DNA of 64,000 bases from Lama glama. Lineage: Eukaryota. Made by a program: the position numbers and the translations under genes. Below the pieces are notes generated by a model. The model made no database searches, was not told where the DNA came from, and saw only the letters and a program-made list of their open reading frames with translations. Of this stretch, positions 37,904-52,017 are shown piece by piece (within the stretch, counting starts at the first letter, position 1; each line of letters starts with the position of its first letter). Where the stretch lies: positions 21,082,001 through 21,146,000 of the forward strand of contig CM052817.1 of NCBI GenBank assembly GCA_028534125.1. Direction: 5' to 3'.

Positions 37904-39994
37904 TAAATGGTCCAAACCAAGTATAAGATGAAGAATTTCACTCAAGAAGACAGAGGGTAAGTGGTTTGTGGAGCAGCTATTAGGAGCATTCAGTTTGACA
38001 GCAGAGCTTTATTCAGAGGACACTCAAGTTCTTAGATATGTTACTCATGCAACAAGGGAGATGAGTTGTATGAGAAGAACCCAGTGCTTAGAAACTATGC
38101 TATGAGGTAGAAATACAGCAAATAAGGTACTAGGATATCAAAATCAGAGCCGGATCAGAGCAGATTAGCTGTAAAACCAACTTAGTTAGCACATTGGAAT
38201 GCCCTTGCTTAGGTTAAGAACGATTTCCACAATAAAAAGCTATAAATATGAGTCCACATATGATGGAATAGAAATGTTTCCATTAATTTTGGATCAGTTC
38301 TAGGGCTAGGACAATGGAGTTACTTGACATAGGTTGTTTTAATTAACTTTAAGAATTATGGCAAAAGAAGAGTTCATAGCATTTATTCCCCCTACAGGAT
38401 GGCCACACTGTGTCCATTCTTTGGATAACTCATTTGATCCAAGAAGATTCTTGATTGGCTTCCATCTGGATTTTGATTCTATTATTTACTCCAAGGCACA
38501 AGATAATTTTTTCTTCAAAACACTGAATGTAGATATATTTTTAAATTCATCTCCTTTAAGTTCAGGCCTTTCAATATGTTATTTTAACCTTTACCTAGAA
38601 GTGAAACAAGTGAGAATTTTGTCTGTACAATAGCATGGATTAATTACAGTTGTCCGTTTCTCCCTTTGCTTTGGAAAGTCATGAACTTTATAAATTGTCT
38701 TGCACAGAAGGAAACATTAGAGTGAACCACATATATTGTGTCCATATTTCATCATTTCCCTCCAATTTTAGTGACTGATAGTTTCAAACAGGGTATATGT
38801 GATTAATCTGGGTAGAAAAATTCCCTGCACAAGCAGCATTGTTTACTTTAGTAAGTGGCATCTTCTTTCCAACAGTTTTCTGAATACCATGCTTGTGAGC
38901 AGTGTGAATACCATCCCCATTCACTGATATCTAAAATCTCTCATAGGCATTTTCCTTTGACCCTTTCAGTAAAGTTAAGGCTCCTTCTATATAATTCATG
39001 GCATGACATGCCTTTATCATAGTACCTCTCATACCCTGAAAAAAAAAAAAAGGGTAGTCTAGCTTGTTTTCCTCACTTTCTTAAATCATGTTAGTTAAAA
39101 TAAATCCATTGGTATATGCCAAGTTATGGGAATAGATTCTATACATCATTTCATATAATTTTCAAAAGTCTGCAATATACACACTATTATCATCATATTT
39201 TCAATGATGAAGATATAAAGATTTTAAACAACATACCTAATCACAGGAGTCTATGTAAAAAATGTAGGAAGTCAGCTGTAGCTGTGAAATTTCTAGACAC
39301 TATGCCTCCTCCCTTTGATATTAAACAACAAATGTAAGTTGAATGTTCAATAAGCATTTTCTAAATATTAGCAGAATGAAAGACTGAATATCAATTATAA
39401 ATAAGTCTAGTATCAATAATGAGATTAGGTTCACTACCTACCACTGCTAATAATTAATAAATCTAAGCCCACTGTATGTTTGTCTAAAATATTCAAATCT
39501 AAACAAGTTGGGGAATATTTTAGAGAGTGTTTTGAGAGACCTATGTTTCCAGAATCAAAAGACTTGCCTAACTTGATCTTTTTCATCATGCGAGCATTAG
39601 TTCACATTGTCACTTCTTTGTATAGTCTTTTTTTAACCACTCCACTTATGTAGACACTCAGTCACTCTTACTGCTTTCCAGTATTTTCTTATCTATTCAC
39701 TTTTTACTTATTGATTGTATTACTATGTATTCATGGTTACCCTTATCAGAATGAACTCTATGATATTAAAGACAAATTCTTCTGGATAACTCAAGACTTA
39801 ATGCCTATGACATATAGATAGTCAATATTTATAATTTAGCTAATAGATAAGCATTTCCTTGATTATATGTTGCTGAAAATGTTTTAAATAGAGACCCAGG
39901 TATTATTAGTATTATTATAATCTACAGTCATCAGTTTATAATAATAAAATTATGTTTTTATGTAGTTATTGATATTTAAGACAATAATAACAGT

Positions 39995-40230
39995 AATAAT
40001 AATAATTTATTGAATGTCTCTGTTCTGTATAGACTTTAACATAGACTTGATTAAAGATGGATGTTATATTATACCTATATAATAATCCTGTAAGTATTAG
40101 TTTGCACATTTTAGAAAAAGGAAACCAATTTTCAGAGAGTATAATAGACTGGCACAAAGACACACAACCGATAAAAAGAACATCCATGGATATATCTGTC
40201 CACCTGGCTACCATCCTGCAATATTTTCAC
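39995..40230 (-). mobile_element. MIR SINE
   Basis: tttattgaatgtctc...aataatcctgtaagtattag..cacattttagaaaaaggaaacc. Confidence 0.65.
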
Positions 40231-41919
40231 TTGCCAAACTAACACATGTGGAATCTTTTCATTTTCTTTACATATTTTTTGGTCTATTTAAGTAAGTCTT
40301 CATCAGTTTCTTGGCTCTGTAATTCTGATGCCTAATTCCGTTGCTTAACTCTATTCTGGCTGAAGTTCTATATTCGAGTACAGAGGAAAGCTTTGCATGT
40401 TCATTTGAGTCAAACACAAGAGCTATAAATAGGGATTCATGTAAGGGTTTCATGTTGATTTTTATAACCATATCAGTAGTATATTTTTTCCAGCATATTA
40501 CCTAGATTTGGGTGGGAATCCATGTAATGGGTATTTGAATAAAGTCTACTGATACCAGGGGAATAAAATACACAGGTGGGATTTTAGTCATAAGAGAGTT
40601 AGGAGGCCAAGTAGAAGCATGGTTTAGACAACAGAACAGAATTTGAAGAACAACAAATTTTGTACTGGACTGGATTGCCTACCTACCTAAGGAGAAAATT
40701 GGCCTCAGATTCTGCAGTCGAATTGGCTGCAATATGCATCATTCAGTGAACTCACACTGGGAGTTTGAGAGAGATTTGGAAGCAGAAGCCACTCAAGAAC
40801 TCACAAAAATCATTCCCATATATGTATATAACACATTTGGACACAATTTTTAAAATTCCTTTACATTTTTCAAAGATGAAAAATTTTGGTTACTATTCAT
40901 TGATAATCTTGCCTCCAAATGGAAATCATCCCAACTTATCATAATTAGACATCTTCTCCACTCAACTGAATGGATTGTGTTAATTCCGAGGGTGATAATT
41001 ACCTTGTTGGTAATAATGTTATGATAGATAATTTATGTACACAAGGTTGTTTGTTATGGAACATCCACATTTTTAATGTATTGGAATTGGAAGGTTTTCT
41101 TTCTCTCTTCACATGAAAATAACAAATAATACTTACCAGCATTTACAGGTAATATAAAACTGTACCTGTGTCAAGATTCCATAAATACGTTCACATTAGA
41201 AAAATAACACCTGTTGTTACGTGACTCAATTTATTTTAGAAAGATAAATAGGACAGTTTTAAATTTGTTTTATGTCACCATGGTATTTTGCATTGAATTT
41301 TGACTTAATTAGCTATGTATAGGAAAATTCGATCCTAAATAGCTCAGTGTATTGCATTTGAATGGGGTATAGTGGAAACCATAATATGGTCTGTAGCCTT
41401 TTAAATAGGAGCATTACCCACCTCCACAGTTTCTTCCCCAGTTAAACATATATACCACTTCTTGGCTTGTGTCTCTGCTAGAAGATTTTCTGCATTTGTT
41501 GAGCATGATCATTTCAAGTTCAACCTATCTAAATATTAAAAAGAGGTGTGAATTATTTTAATCTTGCCAGAGTTACTGAAAAGTTTGTGTATGGTTACAT
41601 GTAAGAGTTGGCTATCAATTGGTTACAATGCAATTGGTTAACATGTTTGTAGAAAATTTTAAGAGACTTGAGCTGTCTTTCTACACTTTCTGTGAGTATA
41701 TAGCATATTCCAAGTGGAATGGAAGAAATGATACAGAAAACCAAAAAGAAGAGAAGAGGATGAATACCACTGACCTTCTTTCGCAGCTTGTTTTATAATA
41801 ACTCAATGATAACATTCAAAACAAAACAGGGCGATTTAGATCTCATACTTCAAAGTGTGTTCACATAGCTGTTGGAACCTTATGGGAAAATATCTTATTC
41901 CTTTCTATTGGTTCTGTAG

Positions 41920-42095
41920 TCAATTAACCTATGTAGAAATTTATATTATCTCTCTGTTCCTTAGTGTCCTCATTAGTAAAATGAAGATAATAATATTACT
42001 CATTGGACTTCTATGAGGATTAAATGAGTTAAAGCGGTTAAGCTCTTAGAAAAGTGCCTGGTGCATAGTAAGTACTATAATTAGTAATGATTATC
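41920..42095 (+). mobile_element. MIR SINE
   Basis: tctctctgttccttagtgtcctcattagtaaaatgaagataataa...atgaggattaaatgagttaa..cttagaaaagtgcctggtgcatagtaagtac. Confidence 0.85.
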
Positions 42096-42829
42096 TTTAT
42101 TGTGCCAAATTGGGTATTTATTCATCATATTAAGGGTGCTATTGTACTAAGGGTCGAAATAACAGTATGGAAACTATATTTCATTACAATATGATGCATA
42201 GTGATCATGGCCGATAGTGATTCAGTAAAATCTATGAATCCTATGTAAATGTCTTAGAACAGTGTCTTCAACACTGATATACATAAAAAAGGCATATTAT
42301 TGTTTGGTAAAGTAGCTTACAATTATTAAGTAGTAGAAAGAGAAATACTAGTTTTCATAAACGTAGTAGTTACCTTTTAACTATTAATGGTCACTGAATA
42401 TATAAGTGTACTGACTTTAATTAAAACTTTATTGATGGAATTTAAAGTCATGTTTAACAATATTTTGACTACTCTTTGATGAACATCCTTGTCATGTATT
42501 CTTGTGCAAAGTCTTCTCTATCTTAATGCCTACTTTATTTCAGGGAGACATTTTCCAAAGGGCATAGCAATATCAAGAGTCAAACAAAAAGTGATCTCCC
42601 ACATCAAAGATTAACAACATAACTGGGGAGAAAAGATGGGTTAAAAGAGGCACAATGCAAGCTGTTGGATATAAAGGATATAAGGATGGTGACAAAAAGT
42701 TATTTGGAGTTCTTGAAGTTTTGTATATACTTCTGCATAAGATTTCAAAAAGAAGCGAGAATTACGGTCAGCTTAGAAGCGTATACGCAAGGCATGTCCT
42801 TCAGTTCTGAGGGTGTCACTGTGCCCCAC

Positions 42830-43290
42830 TCTTACTAGTTGTTTCAGTTCTATATTGATGAAGAACAAACAGACTTAACAGGACAACATCCCCTTGCTCA
42901 TGGACCATCAATTGTGTCAGGGATTTGGGGACAATTTATCATTGTTCCATGTGGTACTGGCTGCAGTAAAATTCAGCTGGGTTTTCAGCTAGGGTAGCAG
43001 GAAAGGCTGACACCCAGGTGAGCCTCTGTCTCCAAGAGGGTAGCCAATCTTTTTACATGGTGGTTCAGGGCTCCAAGACAGAGAAAGCAGAAGCTGCCAG
43101 ATCTCTTCAGAGCTACTCTCAAAAATAACACAGCCTCACTTTGACAATATTCTCTTGGTCAAAGCAAGCCATACGCCAGCCTAAAATAGAGGGAAGGTAA
43201 AATATATTTCATCTCAGTGGGAAGGGTAGTAATACACATAGAACTGCAAGAATTGAGCATGACCATGTTTTCAACCTGAAAGCTACCATA
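42830..43290 (-). mobile_element. MLT1 (H/I/J-like) MaLR LTR
   Basis: acatggtggttcagggctccaag...agcagaagctgccag...attctcttggtcaaagcaagcca. Confidence 0.7.
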
Positions 43291-43379
43291 TTAGTCCAAG
43301 ACATTGCATTTTCCCTTATTTTCATAGACTCTTCATTCTTTTGTAATATTTTCTTTATTATACTCACCTAGAATCATCC

Positions 43380-44382
43380 AGTTTAAGTGCTTCCTGCTGA
43401 GATACTGATTGACACAGCAATCAGTACCTCGGAGTGGCCCCCAGGAAACAGATGTTCTCAATGGGATTCTGGGGTTGGAGTGCTCATATATTTGAGGGAT
43501 GCACTCATAGCTTTCCTGCTAGGGAACACTGATAACCTGTGACATGCAATTATAATCTACTTTTGGAGGCCATGGACCAGCTAATTGTAAACGCTTCCCA
43601 AATTTATATTAGTCAGGCTTGGTGAAGCATGTATGGGAGTGTATTGAGTCAAGAAGGGAAATATAATGCTGTATTGGGTTAAAATTATTGACATGGTTTC
43701 ACAAACCTAAAATTCAAGATGTAATATATTAGCGTTGGTGGGGCATAAGTACTAAATGAAGCCTAGACTCTTTAATGGCTTGTGGTCAATGAGGTAGAAA
43801 TGCCAGATCTTCCTTAGTCATGCTGTTAGAAAAGAATTCAAAGCACTGGGAAAAGAAAATGTTCCACACAACCTGTTAAGACATTCCCTTTCTTTACCAA
43901 CAAAAAGAATTAGAGGCTGCTGCCTAGACGATATTGAGAAGTGCCTTGATGAGCGAGCTGTAAGCATCCTTGAAATATTCAGTGGCAGCTGTCTTCAGTG
44001 GACCAGGGATGATTGTGGTGATATTGTAATAAAACTGAATTTCCTGATTTCACTAAAAGTAAGGATATAATAAAGTAGTAAAAGCAAGTGACAGCTCTTA
44101 ACTACCAGAGATAAGGCAGGAATAATCACATAAAGTTTTAAAAAAGAAGTGATGATCTGTGTGCCTACAGGTACCTATGGTGTTGGCTGATTCACCACAG
44201 GACTGCTGGAAATAAAACAGACCATCAGCTGCTAATATACTGCTTGACATATAATAGCAAAATATATTTACATCAAGTGGGCCGCAACCTTACTCAACTC
44301 ACTGTAGTGGAGAGTCAGGGTTCCCAGGTTTAAATCAATTCAGATTTGGAGTGCCTTGACCTGGGGGAACCTGAGTCTTTTC
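43380..44382 (+). mobile_element. ERVL LTR end plus internal (leader/gag) relic, truncated by gap
   Basis: ctgattgacaca|gcaatcagtacc..gtggcccccaggaaacaga..gggattctgggg and caagtgacagctcttaactaccagagataagg resemble ERVL-int; no intact ORF. Confidence 0.7.
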
Positions 44383-44882
44383 NNNNNNNNNNNNNNNNNN
44401 NNNNNNNNNNNNNNNNNNNNNNNNNNNNNNNNNNNNNNNNNNNNNNNNNNNNNNNNNNNNNNNNNNNNNNNNNNNNNNNNNNNNNNNNNNNNNNNNNNNN
44501 NNNNNNNNNNNNNNNNNNNNNNNNNNNNNNNNNNNNNNNNNNNNNNNNNNNNNNNNNNNNNNNNNNNNNNNNNNNNNNNNNNNNNNNNNNNNNNNNNNNN
44601 NNNNNNNNNNNNNNNNNNNNNNNNNNNNNNNNNNNNNNNNNNNNNNNNNNNNNNNNNNNNNNNNNNNNNNNNNNNNNNNNNNNNNNNNNNNNNNNNNNNN
44701 NNNNNNNNNNNNNNNNNNNNNNNNNNNNNNNNNNNNNNNNNNNNNNNNNNNNNNNNNNNNNNNNNNNNNNNNNNNNNNNNNNNNNNNNNNNNNNNNNNNN
44801 NNNNNNNNNNNNNNNNNNNNNNNNNNNNNNNNNNNNNNNNNNNNNNNNNNNNNNNNNNNNNNNNNNNNNNNNNNNNNNNNNN
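44383..44882. other. assembly gap (500 N)
   Basis: run of N. Confidence 1.
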
Positions 44883-45419
44883 AGAGTTAAGAATCACAGG
44901 AAAAAATATATCTCAAGCACAGATGGCTACTTTGAAGAATAGTTATGGGTTGTTTGGTACAAAATGATTATCAATAATCTCATTCTTCTTCTGACAATTT
45001 TTGTAAGGATACTTTCCAGAAGCTATTGGGAAAAATATCTGTTCCTGTATGTAAAACATTTTACATTCTGATTAGTCAATGGTTCTTTATTATAAGTGGC
45101 TAAGTTATAACTAATGAAACACATTTTTATAAATATAAGTATTTTTTTCAATTTTTTTCATTAAGATTTTGAGCCAATAAGAGATGTCATTAGAGTATAC
45201 CTCCCAAGCCTATGCACATACTTGTTAATAATTCCTGCATTTGTTTGATATGAACCCGGTGAGTTCAGCTGTGATTTTTTTTTTCTTTTGGTTTGTGGTT
45301 GAATGAAGTGGAATACTTGAATCTTATCATTATGGAGAATGTTCATTTATTCAACAACCGTGCATTGTCCATAATTAGCAAATAACACTGGATGAAAAAT
45401 GAATAGCCCACAAGACCCT

Positions 45420-45870
45420 CCTCTGTCTCTATGGTCTTCTCTTCATTGTACTCTCCTTCAGTCACTCTGCTTCTACCATCTTAGCCTCCTTACTGTTTCT
45501 TAGTGACAGAAGGTTGTCCCTTTTTGCTGAAATGTTCTGCTTCAGTACAACTGCATGACAGGCTTCTTTTCATCTTTCAGCCCTTTGGTCAAATATCACT
45601 GCATCAAGAACTCACTCCTTAACCACCCAGCTTAACATGCATCACTCCCTAAATCACAATTTCACATTTTTTCCCATGGCCACTTTATCACCATTAACAG
45701 ATAATTTTTTAAAAAGTGTTTCATTTTTTCCCCTTATTATCTGTCTTTCTTCCTGAAAATCAGCTTCAAAAAGGCATTTAAAAAAAATTAGTGTAAAGTT
45801 CTTAGTGCTTGGAACAGTTCCTAATTCATAGCAGGTGCACAAAAATATTTGTTGAATGAATGAATGCATG
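45420..45870 (+). mobile_element. LINE-2 3' end
   Basis: cactctgcttctaccatcttagcctccttactgtttct...gaacagttcctaattcatagcaggtgcacaaaaatatttgttgaatgaatgaatg. Confidence 0.85.
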
Positions 45871-45914
45871 AATTAAAATGTACAACCAGACTCTGATTTC
45901 TAAAAAGAATTTCC

Positions 45915-46170
45915 AATACTATAGTGGCTTATAATAAAGTTTTATTTATCACATTACCTAGGGGATCTGATCCATGTTTTCTCACTCCAGCAGCTAATGG
46001 AGCCTCCATCATCAGACACATTGCCTGCCAATATGGCAAGGAAACAGGGATTAAGCAAACTCACACTGATTCTTAAACTCTCCCACTCGGAAATAATGAA
46101 TAGAAAATTCACTCACATTTCATTGTCCACAGGTAGGTAGGTTGTATCCACCATGTGCCAAAAGAAGACT
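45915..46170 (-). mobile_element. MLT1 (K/L-like) fragment
   Basis: gtggcttataataaagttttatttatcac...atggagcctccatc...ctcacactgattcttaaa...ctcacatttcattg. Confidence 0.55.
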
Positions 46171-46317
46171 GGCTGTGATAATGGGAGAGATGGTGTTTGT
46201 ATAGGGTGGTTAGGGAGGGCCTCTTTGAGAGAGAATAGCATCTGAACTGAGTTCAGGTTTCTTGCTGGAGGCCAACAACCAGGGTGTTCTAAAACATGAT
46301 TTAGATTTTAATTCTGT

Positions 46318-46833
46318 GTGTGAATGAAAAATATTGCCAGCCATATCGGTAAACAACGAATGCTGAGGCCATTAAGTCATCAGCTGCTACTGCCACCCCA
46401 TAATGAACAGAAGGAGCTCAGAATGCAGACAAGCAGGCAGCCAGCCTCTGCAGCCACCCCCAGCGGTGCACCCTAAGGGAACTCATGATGTGAAAGAATA
46501 GGAGACTGACCCTAGATAGCTAGGTGCATATAAAAGGAATGATTTCAATGAGCCTGGAACTTTGCACCTTCCCTAAAACAGAAAAGTGCTAAATTCTTTA
46601 ACTTGAGATATCTGGTTTTCTTTAATTAAAAGCAATCTTTTGATGTTCTGACTACCTGGTCTTTGTTGTAAAAAAAATCCTATATATCCTGGCTCCTCCC
46701 TTACCTCTTCAGAGCAATTTGCAGGTAGTTCAGAGCGATCTGAGAGGCTGTCATCCTGGGCTGAGTCCTCAGAAACTTTGCTGAATAAAACATAACTCTC
46801 AACTTTCAGGTTGAGCATTTTATTTCAGTCGAA
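46318..46833 (+). mobile_element. ERV1 solo LTR, cetartiodactyl MER41-like
   Basis: ttgccagccatatcggtaaacaa...aacttgagatatctggttttcttta...ctgaataaaacataactctcaacttt..ggttg..catttt..ttcagtcga. Confidence 0.82.
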
Positions 46834-46834
46834 C

Positions 46835-46965
46835 TATATCATCTGTGAAAAATTAATAGAGCTACCCTTACCTCTTAGAGTTTACTGCATTAAATAATTC
46901 ATATGGCACACTTAACTCAGTGTCTGAAAAATAGTAAATCCTCAAAAATGTTACTCATTATTAAT
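46835..46965 (+). mobile_element. MIR 3' part
   Basis: tcatctgtgaaaa...tacctcttagagtt...attaaataa...tagtaaatcctcaaaaatgtta. Confidence 0.65.
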
Positions 46966-49269
46966 TATCATTATCATTGACATTTAAAATCATTTTGAGT
47001 TAAATGGTAAGTCTTCCTTAAAATAACAAAATATGAAAGCATATAATATCTAACGGGACTGGATCAGTGTTTAGGTGGATTTTGTCAGAAAGACCATCCA
47101 TGGTTGTAGGATCATCTTGTAAGAAATAAATTTTGAGCCATGTTTGGCTGAAACACTGGTACATGATTGGCATGTAAGATGTGTAATGCTCTTGAAATCA
47201 GAGCAATAATGGGAGAGTACATGGAACATATTGAAGCAAGTGAATTCTCAAACACCAAGCAGCTAAGCTCTGCTAGAAATATGGCATCAAATTTGTATTC
47301 ATAATTTATATTTTATAACCCACCTGCTACCAACAGTAGCCGGAGGTATTAGGAGAAATATATTGCTTAGTAATAACAGTTAATGCCGGAGACAGAGAAA
47401 GTCAACAAAGGACCATCCTTGATTACTTTGAAGTAGATTACGAATTTTAAAAAGGTGGCCACATGTGGGCATGTATTATAAGCTGCAATGCTTTGAAAAA
47501 AGATTAATATGGTAATATCAATAACTGTATAATGCCAAAGTAGTGACTACCAACGAGGAAGAAAAATCACTGGTATTGGACTATAGGAGAAAATTACAGG
47601 AGAAGAAGCCTGTAACGATAGTTTGGAGGAAATTTTGATGTGATGCATTTACAATGAAGAAAGGTGATGATGAATTCACACACAGAAGTAAATAAACAGA
47701 AGAAGTTAAACTCTCTAACATCCTGTGCCTCTTGTATTGTTTTATCCTCAATAATCAAAGTTTAAGATAATTAGGCATGTTGGTTAAACACATACTATTC
47801 ATTAATAAAGTAATTACCATAGATTTCCAGAGTAAGGTAAGAGTCTATATCTTAATACCTGATTTACTACGCAAGGACATTACGTTCTTTAACTCCTTAT
47901 TGCAACTCATGAGCATTGCTGGAATTTAGCTCACAGAATTACGGGAAAGATTACTTGAAGTTATGTTACACAAAAAGGAGTTAAGAAGCTGATTGCTTAT
48001 AATCATATGATACCGAGTAGTGTTTCACTAACACTGATTATTAAGGAGCACAGTGTGACTTACGTTTCCATTTTCACTTAACACGTTTTATCTACGTGTT
48101 TAGTTGTTTACGGATATGAGAATTTATTTAGCCATTCACTGAGATCTCAGTTGTAGCTCTGACATTCCTGACTTATCTGAGCTTTTTCCACCTCAAGATT
48201 AAGGGAAAAGAAAAATTACCATTCCTCAAGGCACTAAATTACTTTCAGTGTTACAATTTCTAGTCCTTTGTCTCTCCTTGATTCTCTGACATTTTTGTCA
48301 TGTCTCCTCTTTGTAGTGCACTTAAGCAGAGCTATTTTGATTAAATAACTCCCCAAGAGGACGGAGATTATAATACAATGGTCTTGCAAACAGGTTACTC
48401 TTGAGTACATATTGCCATTATGCAGTGCAGATATAACATCAGTATTTCATAAATTCATGTTTCTATGAAATCTGCCAAGTAGATGAATATCTCTTTCATT
48501 GTTCCTGACATCACTGAATTATAAATAATAAAGTGAAGCTCAAATTGTTTATTTGCAATGGAACAGCTCTGAGAGAAATTTCAGTTATCAATGATATAGG
48601 AACCTCAAGAAAAGACAGGAACTTTAAAATTACAGTGAACACCATCTAAAATAATTCCCCTTAAATTGGGCAATTGCTCAAAATTGCCATAAATCAATTC
48701 TCCAAATCCAATAGAGATAAAATGAGTGGTGAGTACATTCTTACTCAATTCACTTTTTTTTTTTTCAGATTCAATCTGCTTCAGTGTTTTGGAATTAAGA
48801 TCACACTAGATGACTGGATGGGTGAAGTAATTACCAATTAGCACAGTTTCACCAGGGCAGGGCCCTTCACTACTTGTCAGGTTCTTTATTCGTCTGAGAC
48901 ACTGGTTTGCACTTTTTGAACAGCTCCCAGGAGCAGTATTCTTCCTTCCTTATGTCAAATGATCACTATCGTTACACACTTGGAAAACTTCAGATATTAA
49001 AGTAAAACATGGGGCAATTTAATTGCCTTAAGAATTGGACTTTTAAAGTAAAATAAAGCCAAAAATAGAATTTTTATCAGTGCGATTAATTATGAATCTC
49101 TTCCCACTTTTCATGTAGTGTTAGCCTTTTAGTAAAGATCATTGTTTGTTAAATCTTTAGCACATAAAAGGCCAATGAAGCCTGAGTTCAGCTTTAAAAT
49201 TCCCATTTTATATAACTAACTTACTCCCCTGGCTTCAGAAAAATTAAAAATTCTTGACAGATTAAAATG

Positions 49270-49538
49270 TAAGCAAAACTACAAAGTTTCATTTATGCCA
49301 GAATAATAAATTCTATAGATCAAATATATGACAGTGTGACTATATTAACAATATTGTTCCGTATCCTTGAAACACACACAAAAAATAGGAAAATAGTAAC
49401 TACATGAGGTGATGGATATGTTAATTAGCTTTCTAGTGGTGAATATTTTACTATATATGCATATCGAATCATCAAGTTGTACACTTAAATATATACCATG
49501 TTTACCTGTCAGTTATACCTCAGTAAAGCTGGGAAAAA
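49270..49538 (+). mobile_element. L1MA9/10-like 3' end
   Basis: gtaactacatgaggtgatggatatgttaattagc...ttatacctcagtaaagctgggaaaaa. Confidence 0.85.
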
Positions 49539-52017
49539 TTAAAGTAAGGGAAGCTGTAAGTCAATGACAAAGTACAACAAACTTATTTCTTTGAGGAACA
49601 AATCACTCAGAAACTATTCTGTGATGCATATTTTCTCAAAATGCTTCCTTTTGAAAGACAAAAGTCCACAAGTCCTTTTAAGTGTATTAATTTGAGCAGA
49701 ACCTGGTGGTTGGTTTTGAGAGAATAACACACTTTGTTAAGAAGTTAAGAACTTAGATTTTTTTTTTTTAAATCTCCTTCTTGGGTTAGGGCTAACAACA
49801 GAAACCAAAGAGAATGACAACAGAATTGTAGAGCTAGTTATAGGAAATAAAGACATATCTTTGATCATTTAGCCAATTAAAGTTAAAAATAAAATCTGGA
49901 GGTTTATTTACTTGCTATTTTCTTTTACCTAAAACTAGTAAGTTCATTGTGGCTGTGTATCTATCTAGTTTTACATAATTTTTTTTGTCTGGAAGGACAT
50001 ACTTTACTTATTAAATAAGGCATTTCCAAATTTTCAGCAATTTAGGGAAAGGAAAGTGAATAAGCATTCAGATTTTTCCACTAAAATAAATGCCAAGTAC
50101 ATTTAACTAAAACATTTGAAACGTACACTTAGTTTCTAGAATTTTCTGAACTGTGATTCTATATTAATGATGAATAAGATCCATAGTAAGGTGGAGAAAG
50201 TAGTTGCCTCAAGGATAAAATTATTTATTTATTTATTTTTGAAAAAAAAAAAAGAAAAGAAAAGGCTTCTGTATCCTGATTCAACCCAGTTGACAGGCCA
50301 ATACCGAAACCGATTAACTTCACTTTCATCAATCCTTCATCATTTTCCCTGTGATCCCATAGCTATTACAGTCTCTTTTGACTTGACCAAACAAGAAAAC
50401 TGAAAAAGAACATTTACAGTATATCTAAATTAATGAAACCAGGGGTAGAAAAAGAAGCACTGTGCCACTTGAGATATTTTTGTTCTCATAAAAGATAGAG
50501 GTGCTCATGAGGTCAAGAGCTCTTTTGGTTATAACTTCCAAGCATTCTAGCAATAAGAAAAAAAAAGTTCTATATTTTACCATACTTCTTAAAATTCTTC
50601 TTTTTTTTTTTTTAACTATTCTATTTGTAGCACTCTTGAAAATACAATAGACACCAAAAAAACCAACTTTTGCTTTTCTCTTGACTGACTATAAAAATTC
50701 TGAATATTTTCAGAAAATCTCTTATCATTTATCATTTTGCTGTCAGTCTTTGTAAAATGACTATTGAAAATGTTCTGCATATTGTGTGTTTTACGTACAT
50801 TTTACACTTATTTTCACATGAAAATTTTTTCTCTCAATTTATTTCATACCAACATTGAAATATGTCAAGAAAAATTTTAAATGTGTAGAAAACGGTATTA
50901 AAATTCATATATTGAGATAGTTATCATTTGATTTTCCATTGTCATTGTTAATTTCATGATACTTTAAATCTTAGGTAAGATTTTATCTAATAAAATTTCA
51001 TTCCCTATATAAAATATGATGTAATGTCATTAACTTTATAGCAGAATTGTTTTAATATACTAATATTGCAAACCCAGAGTATTTAAAACTGTAGGACATT
51101 TATTCTAAAGCTGTGACTTTAAGATTTTTAATCTCTCTGGGTTTTAAAAAAAAACTATACCTTCAAATATTATCATGAATACACAAAGTTAAAAGTAAAA
51201 ATCAAGGTTAGAAATGGAAGCTAAAGTTACTAAAGTTTATACAAGTATCCTTTGCTCTAAATAAAATTGTGATTAAATATCATTTCTTAGGGAAAAGAAT
51301 TCACAGATGTTCTATGTGCTTAAGAATATCATTTTGATGCTGGTACTAATTGGTAGATTGTTTTTGTTTTTCACTCTTTCCATCCTCTTTTTTTCTTTTT
51401 TATTCTGAATACATATGTATTCAATTAAAGCAGAGTTATGTGAAATAATCCACTTTTCAGAAGAACTATTATTTCATAAGTGACAATATTTATTAGTTCC
51501 TATCACATTCAGAATCTTTTTTTGTAAGTGAACATTCCTAGCATGTAAAACTATGTAGCAAAATAAAACACTTTTACAATATTATCAGTGTTACTGTTAT
51601 TATTATAAAACTTTTATAATAAATTGTGATACATTTAAAAATTAAGAAAACAATCACATCATATATGTCTATATTCTCAGTGAAATAACTCATTTTTCCA
51701 CACATTTCCTTTCAGACTCGTCCCACATGCATGTTTTACATTGTCACTTCCAGTTAATACTTTTGTTTTCATTTTACATTTGACCACAGATATTTTTTTC
51801 CCTGTTTTCCAATTTCTATTCCTGGCTTATGATCTTAACACTGATCTTTCAGTATTAAGGCTGTTACTCACCGGTTTGGCTCTGCTCATTGGGAGAATTC
51901 ACAACTGCCCAGCCAGCCTCAGAGCAGCAGCATTCTTTCCCCCCACCCCCCAACGTAAGTGACCATAGACATTCCCTACTGCTTTCCAGTTTAGGGTAAA
52001 TTTTAGCCCACTGATGT

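Noticed and set aside
46318..46833. STAT1/GAS interferon-responsive enhancer in the MER41-like LTR
   Set aside because: No TTCN3GAA found on manual scan.
48770..48825. Exon after the acceptor-like (T)n-cag
   Set aside because: No convincing donor or recognisable peptide; T-runs often mimic acceptors.
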